Below are positions 62,001-64,000 of a stretch of DNA of 64,000 nt, one piece after another; positions within the stretch are counted from its first letter, which is position 1, and each line of letters begins with the position of its first letter. Under the pieces are notes generated by a model. The model worked only from the letters and a program-made list of their open reading frames with translations. It ran no database searches and was not told the origin of the DNA. The stretch is from the IMG/VR virus record IMGVR_UViG_3300042553_000685. One strand, given 5' to 3'. The position numbers were made by a program, and so were the translations under genes. Source of the DNA: a virus.

Positions 62001-63767
62001 GCCCTCATAGCCAGTTATCAGCTACGTCAGGACCTAGTAGGTATGACGGCTGTATTCGCCTTCGAGCGGGCTATGCCAACCGATAAGGCAGGTAACCCCA
62101 TTAGCTCTGGTAGAGGCCTAGCAGAGAGTGTAGAGACCTACATAAATAGTGAGCCCGCGCGGGCCGCTCAGATAGATGCTCTCATAGCCGGCGGCATCAC
62201 TAATGGCCTCACCGAGATGGAGATAGAAGTAGAAGAGTTTCAGAACTTCACTCGTGACGTAATAGGAGATAAGCGCTTCCAGGATATGGGAGCGGATACT
62301 AAGCGTATATTAGCTATGAACTTCCTACGTAGTAGGGAGAGTGCATCACTCTGGGCTAATATTGATGGTAGTAAACTACTGCGCTTCGCTATTAATGATA
62401 GTACCCGCTCCACACTATACGGAGGACAACTAGAGGATGTACTTGGTCAGGATCTGATTACTGCCGCTGGTGACCTTACTGGCTCAGGAGCTAGTCCGCT
62501 GGTTAGATCACTGTTACAGGCTGTATCGGCCGGGAAGATAAACGAGCCTGAGCAGGTAACACGGGCTCTCGAGTCTCTTATGGATACCTTCACTCACGCT
62601 GATGGTAAGCGCTATGAAATAGCAGACATCTTTAGCGTATTACTCAATAGCGGTACCCCTAGCCCAGCTGATAAGGAGATAGCAGAGTTTATTCAGAAGA
62701 CAGTTCTCACAGATGAGACAGCCACTAGTCGATTAGTTACTTATGTTCGCGCTACAGCGCTAGGTCAACAGGTAGATACAGCCGATAGACTAGTAGAAGA
62801 GCTACGGGACTATGAGAGTCGTGACGTCGATACGCGCTATATAAAACTGCTACAGGATATGGGTGTCGCTCCAGATAGGGCTAAGGAGTTATCAGCTCGT
62901 CGGCGCGACTATCTACTGGCCGGCTCACCCCCTGATGTGGACCCACTGGATCCTCGCCCGCGACCAGATCGCCCCCTCTTACGCGTAGTAGATGATCTAC
63001 CTATTCTTAACAATACTGCCGGTAATCTAATGGATGTACTTCTATTCCCCTTATTAGCGTTGGCAGGAGATATGATTAGTAGTGGCGGAGCCCGCCCCGA
63101 GGCAATGCAGCAGACTATGGGTAATATGCTAGGCGCTATGGCCTACGTAAGCGCCCCAGCAGGTAACCAGATGGGACGTTTCGCTGCAGGTACTCTGATG
63201 AGTATGGGATTCAAGGGCCGCTTAGCAGGTCAACTACACGAGGACTATACAATTGGTGTCGGTATGCTATTAGCACAGGAGATAGCCTTTGGCGCAACAG
63301 CTCAACTCGCAGGCCGCTATATCATCAACCCATTCGTAGAGAAGACACTCGGTAAGGCTCCCACAATAGACTCTGACCCATTCGCGGGCCTGCGTAATGT
63401 AGCTAGCAACGTCATCACGGGGGCATTGAGCCTCGTATCAGCAGGCTTCGTAAATAAATTACTCCATCGTGGGCTAGAGGTCAGTATGCAGCGTAGTGTA
63501 GCCCCCGTGGCTCTAGACGCTGTTAGTGCCGGTATACGCGCTACTCAAGAAGCTATTAATCAGGCTCGCATGGAACGAGAGGATAATGCTGAAACCGAGG
63601 TCGTAGATGACGCGGGCTCCCCTGTTGAGTTCTTCGTACAAACTATATTCAATGGTGATGAATACGACACCTATGACGCCCTCTATATGAGTGACCTAAC
63701 ATTAGATCGTCCTAATAGTATGGCCTATCGAGATGAGAGCGAGAGTTACTCTATGGATCTGGTTTAA
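53079..63767 (+). CDS. giant multidomain protein (3562 aa): PLD-like N-terminus, two-barrel-RNAP-like DFDGD core, C-terminal hydrophobic helices; candidate virion-packaged/ejected RNA polymerase
   Basis: A single uninterrupted ORF with core phage codon style. Motifs are detailed in the features and findings below. The ORF is certain; the function is inferred. Confidence 0.85.
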   Translation: MRPLPAKVGSFSAIALFNRFCTLLMDINSSLFSSNRFNDSARWNALYRIPEDTRSRLLQGYNPLEVLMDPNFIPPGTDASMEMVLADAFYDRVVDTSSSRAAISSLWDSMEGPARQEYFEYMAGMGGTATPARTQTDDMLNWMAQRDQLTMRSNLEGIDDERRLLLENRSSMLDLISDDGYNVRPGLLPIAALVDTAERELRIDIYQFQNERAIDMVGEAVERMAGSGQGGRVVVRMAAPSETDGDSRKNYDILGPNIMFYKRLSYLRDRFGSNVDIDIQWADRRNHPKFFVSDRAALIGTMNVTRPLGQSLEQAGSNVEFTRTIRTNLTYSQIQDADRGILPDIITRADKLYLQARDVMDRLDGGDRVLFTGQDSIGGAGDVNTALRRHIGELINRPTIDGKTGRLYMVLNQVFLLKHDKTLMASQLKGEMGENPEHERTLSGYQAYMQAREQEYSKLQANVLDLVIEGRARIGVDVHTYREDVQDPMSRLLLSNQKLAAELSQSNYDVARWIKESRGTDVSDMANVLSTYGFYSGDLEGRQRMARQLLAIASGNIEPTAVPRSHVKAYLATYENDVINQGAGPGMQNINNRQAFDILGGSQGSSNYGLNSLADNDDPLSRRLVNQEINIIYDRVGGTSLLSLSDEERDEENREYARAFYKLQSSLGIQRIGETPYIGRDRRSMYGNRVDRGAILDLISEIERVNAAVGSEIIGVQRDYDGLNLEGATLTLNKGLPTQRVYRWGAYKNASGRGPAAFIDISGGRQIESAELFNTGTMRMELAMERDGLGVGLDPRRRLRLNPLDVVVGLMSSIALESETTRLVRAPLMEYQRYYSPDNIRAAQAVQRDPGAQYQSAINFFEKLLGVSGLDLTTDEGTSRVQQGLSNLTSLFYSSDPDLDRIRDLASISRIDSRRRVAFEELSNIFLTYARSVDERGLPIIDLEAHRRGALNLAANKLYEIMDQGPMFADVLFKFIESQNDSRYKTDVRERLKEIHDSAFAAFLTPTQARNYGSTQASNRLLAYGFGQGRQPAGISIVNAALRRIKANETAFSNLSAFAYTASPLPIGPVSDLGVGDDFLFVRVAEGNIDSTATDESQYFTGYSNVLPLSRRATASEVFDLSIIRSTGVGDIIRRDELSEYMKAVSHLGIDRSLLEAEFDARGDNLLRFFFDPNKPDQVPQRLKNVIGMRPLMDISEGYTQVLELVSPTNTGKVIPELTPVRYRARYGGSDVDVLQGSMYQDAYLADLRAGLDARGLDSSIVDDSYRYGAIFSGRISRFMSSEAAVELEAIRYELADRLGIDSEDIPTEDDSVLAELFRATIVQSQLFASRERGLIGSGRARPTVMIMALEGAYSDYAYANPLHRVRRGFLDQATKSSKASLLGRDWTFDNVLVSSDDRIVFDEREQRYYLLDREGRRKQAITSRSEMRVFLDQIESTSRNPNMGAAMATSAAAGIRGEYAIEQLLQVSRLTGSDATNEVQVQIQFLRTLLEGGSRRVEAERGLAKIVPVFLSEDIMRSEVFPTIQQGGYHSALEIEDIQYIISPTNLKSYAFNHGATLLTYNGGELFRRGVLERNDQQIAAALLSITDSRLFSNNSNINIDSVYIEIAQLAAQGRLGNYYRDLYMSTMLELMRSDKLGDGSPHLEIGRKLVRGGDGAINRLQSPVLGAIDISEIMTALRSGTSSGALSDKVGLIVDAADAARRGYVDTGAMGRGFERAAIAGNLEIMMQLMSLNNTLELKTTPVTGSDSISRHAYAAMSAIAGVTQADEISVGQENVAVMLDRLSNYSRYVVLYNAVMGSSSKVPLSSKDTAQLEMQHIVSSPFMANVDKFKRDGSVDSMRRAILGVMKMAIGADPNKIAVDDIPMYDLASLDFHANSTLGEILLGAYNDARAPLSDITNLRERYRQFHTALSLLESASDTDMVSYTRGSGLDITNVTHTILDEIATWMGQPAGTDRDTLRNVVRQSLRVLKNDIYAHASRWRLAGDKVLGVEATEATVQSMGQRGLRRIAYEFPSFRIEGNNVVFNTTIKDRGFILSPEDVRIAGIQFGSHENEIAAATVDKWIMLAPGSAVRDIFEKVAIESGSRTTVELEGLSDFQIQELTRFQELNNTYEARVYNDLASAYLQSITGNKIGVTGTTGVGAASWYVPVRGAVLAEATMERFGTRGSQTREEILTRLGDHLKNNLSVIGQSGDKRIGRRLIQQQIYAITEGLSIAGMYGLEAIVDKSKNFQSKAAGIRKLAPDSQAAEYAQLEIEIKVEMDRFSSMKFSGSGDSLISTLGEAEMGTILESLPGAETHKYRDLGHLPVIISGLMIGSHGPSRSIIPDNMRIYIDTNALGNRFDNLDLLQGRIRKNPIDLSFFSDTRGKDGAEMLNIFSTRLDSLERTINAVTSAVDTYLEGKSPRGTDLHNRGVALIAQYRKLVDNANAAYAVELDTVMANRAARDSLFIMNSTLQADMSMFFTELELTRAWIQRSPPPGNTHLDKLVFGLDTLNSINNIYRDLTGSGFNFFDDTRNKSLTLLNPISFITSNLGDFDGDTFSAIFFNYSQMKLQRDDMLERAKERREMASQAADPAKRTILEKQANDLDMRASALLDTIQQVTTNANWNEYTDSVYSWVAGYMKLDKGMLEQRGIEHALVLVEQSRGLFGMMEDVYARIQPAHEPLLELIQQSRTDNAVDIVNRLSTSTDQNILTDLVNNPDTGPFVRASLHDILSATGNDQEEKAYDFLHKLTAVNARDNLSKYMKRADGSVMSGGQFDMMQKVLGQAGSVILGKTYNTTVGMLYERSPIMAVSHALENSPALQDDMRRILIDQGMAGGMSASDANLEADSKIVDIQRLARQSRTEVGEVGTFLQEIQQMLRDAIKPKMGGAEFLENLSQYHKRFVDAVDDVERQRVVDDMSRLLPSITPLFKLDAYIGAHKELLASATNDAQDSKINDLLTKLSIGETEQLDLSRRLSVLRRDEIGTHSRALIASYQLRQDLVGMTAVFAFERAMPTDKAGNPISSGRGLAESVETYINSEPARAAQIDALIAGGITNGLTEMEIEVEEFQNFTRDVIGDKRFQDMGADTKRILAMNFLRSRESASLWANIDGSKLLRFAINDSTRSTLYGGQLEDVLGQDLITAAGDLTGSGASPLVRSLLQAVSAGKINEPEQVTRALESLMDTFTHADGKRYEIADIFSVLLNSGTPSPADKEIAEFIQKTVLTDETATSRLVTYVRATALGQQVDTADRLVEELRDYESRDVDTRYIKLLQDMGVAPDRAKELSARRRDYLLAGSPPDVDPLDPRPRPDRPLLRVVDDLPILNNTAGNLMDVLLFPLLALAGDMISSGGARPEAMQQTMGNMLGAMAYVSAPAGNQMGRFAAGTLMSMGFKGRLAGQLHEDYTIGVGMLLAQEIAFGATAQLAGRYIINPFVEKTLGKAPTIDSDPFAGLRNVASNVITGALSLVSAGFVNKLLHRGLEVSMQRSVAPVALDAVSAGIRATQEAINQARMEREDNAETEVVDDAGSPVEFFVQTIFNGDEYDTYDALYMSDLTLDRPNSMAYRDESESYSMDLV
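53937..53987 (+). other. HKD motif 1 of the PLD-like domain (HPKFFVSDRAALIGTMN)
   Basis: Fits HxK(x)4D(x)5G(T)xN. A second, degenerate half has HVK at 54774-54782 and GGSQGSSN at 54876-54899. Confidence 0.65.
60507..60720 (+). other. beta-prime-like double-psi beta-barrel signature (RSPPPGNTH ... NLGDFDGDTF)
   Basis: DFDGD is at 60687-60701. Compare E. coli beta-prime NRAPTLH...[13 protein letters not shown]. Confidence 0.55.
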
Positions 63768-63957
63768 CTAGCTTCTCTATCATACGCAGTGGCACTATAT
63801 TGCAGGTAGCCACTAGCGTAGTACTGTGCACATATTGATTAGATAACTCTATTAAATTACCTGACTTATCGAATAGTGAAAAACGGCACTCGATAGGACC
63901 ATTAATAGGGGGCACCTCAAAGCGAGTGAAGTGAAATGGCTCATCCGCCGCGGTCAT
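63751..63957 (-). CDS. hypothetical protein (68 aa), convergent with the giant ORF
   Basis: The ORF overlaps the 3' end of the giant ORF by 17 nt and probably belongs to a further minus-strand operon running in from beyond the window. Confidence 0.4.
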   Translation of the reverse strand: MTAADEPFHFTRFEVPPINGPIECRFSLFDKSGNLIELSNQYVHSTTLVATCNIVPLRMIEKLVKPDP

Positions 63958-64000
63958 CCCAGCGAATATTATAGTCGGTAGTGATGTTATCTCGTATGTG

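Noticed and set aside
53079-63767. N4-type (T7-like, single-subunit) giant virion RNA polymerase
   Set aside because: The size is similar, but the recognisable catalytic signature is the two-barrel DFDGD loop with an upstream RxP..H element, not T7-like palm motifs. I therefore favour the crAss/YonO-type interpretation. It remains unverified.

Overview
This window is a 64-kb slice of the virion-morphogenesis region of a large contractile-tailed dsDNA phage (free phage or prophage). I saw no integrase, tRNA, rRNA or CRISPR array. About 40 tightly packed genes, often with overlapping start and stop codons, run on the minus strand. From high to low coordinates they are: portal, protease/scaffold, major capsid, neck-region unknowns, sheath, tube, hub/spike carrying three peptidoglycan-hydrolase domains, a tape-measure-like repeat protein, baseplate (gp25/W-like and J-like), a chimeric receptor-binding protein, [island], tail fibre, a flavoprotein, two very large fibre/baseplate-like paralogues, several unknowns, and the large terminase. 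Three plus-strand elements break this pattern. (i) A 3,562-codon ORF (53079-63767) combines a two-HKD PLD-like N-terminus, a beta-prime-like RxP..H / DFDGD double-psi-barrel signature (a candidate crAss/YonO-type single-chain RNA polymerase) and a C-terminal cluster of hydrophobic helices. (ii) A ~3.3-kb low-GC island with Shine-Dalgarno sites (21.4-24.7 kb) carries a tandem triplet of paralogous small proteins, an acidic protein and mini-ORFs. (iii) A SWIM zinc-finger gene sits between the scaffold and portal genes. Core genes use a striking ATA/CTA/AGT (TA-rich, CTAG-rich) codon style and mostly lack SD sites. The sheath/tube and capsid blocks use a different codon style and each ends in a strong intrinsic terminator. 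All functional calls come from motif recognition and synteny by eye; none is database-verified.
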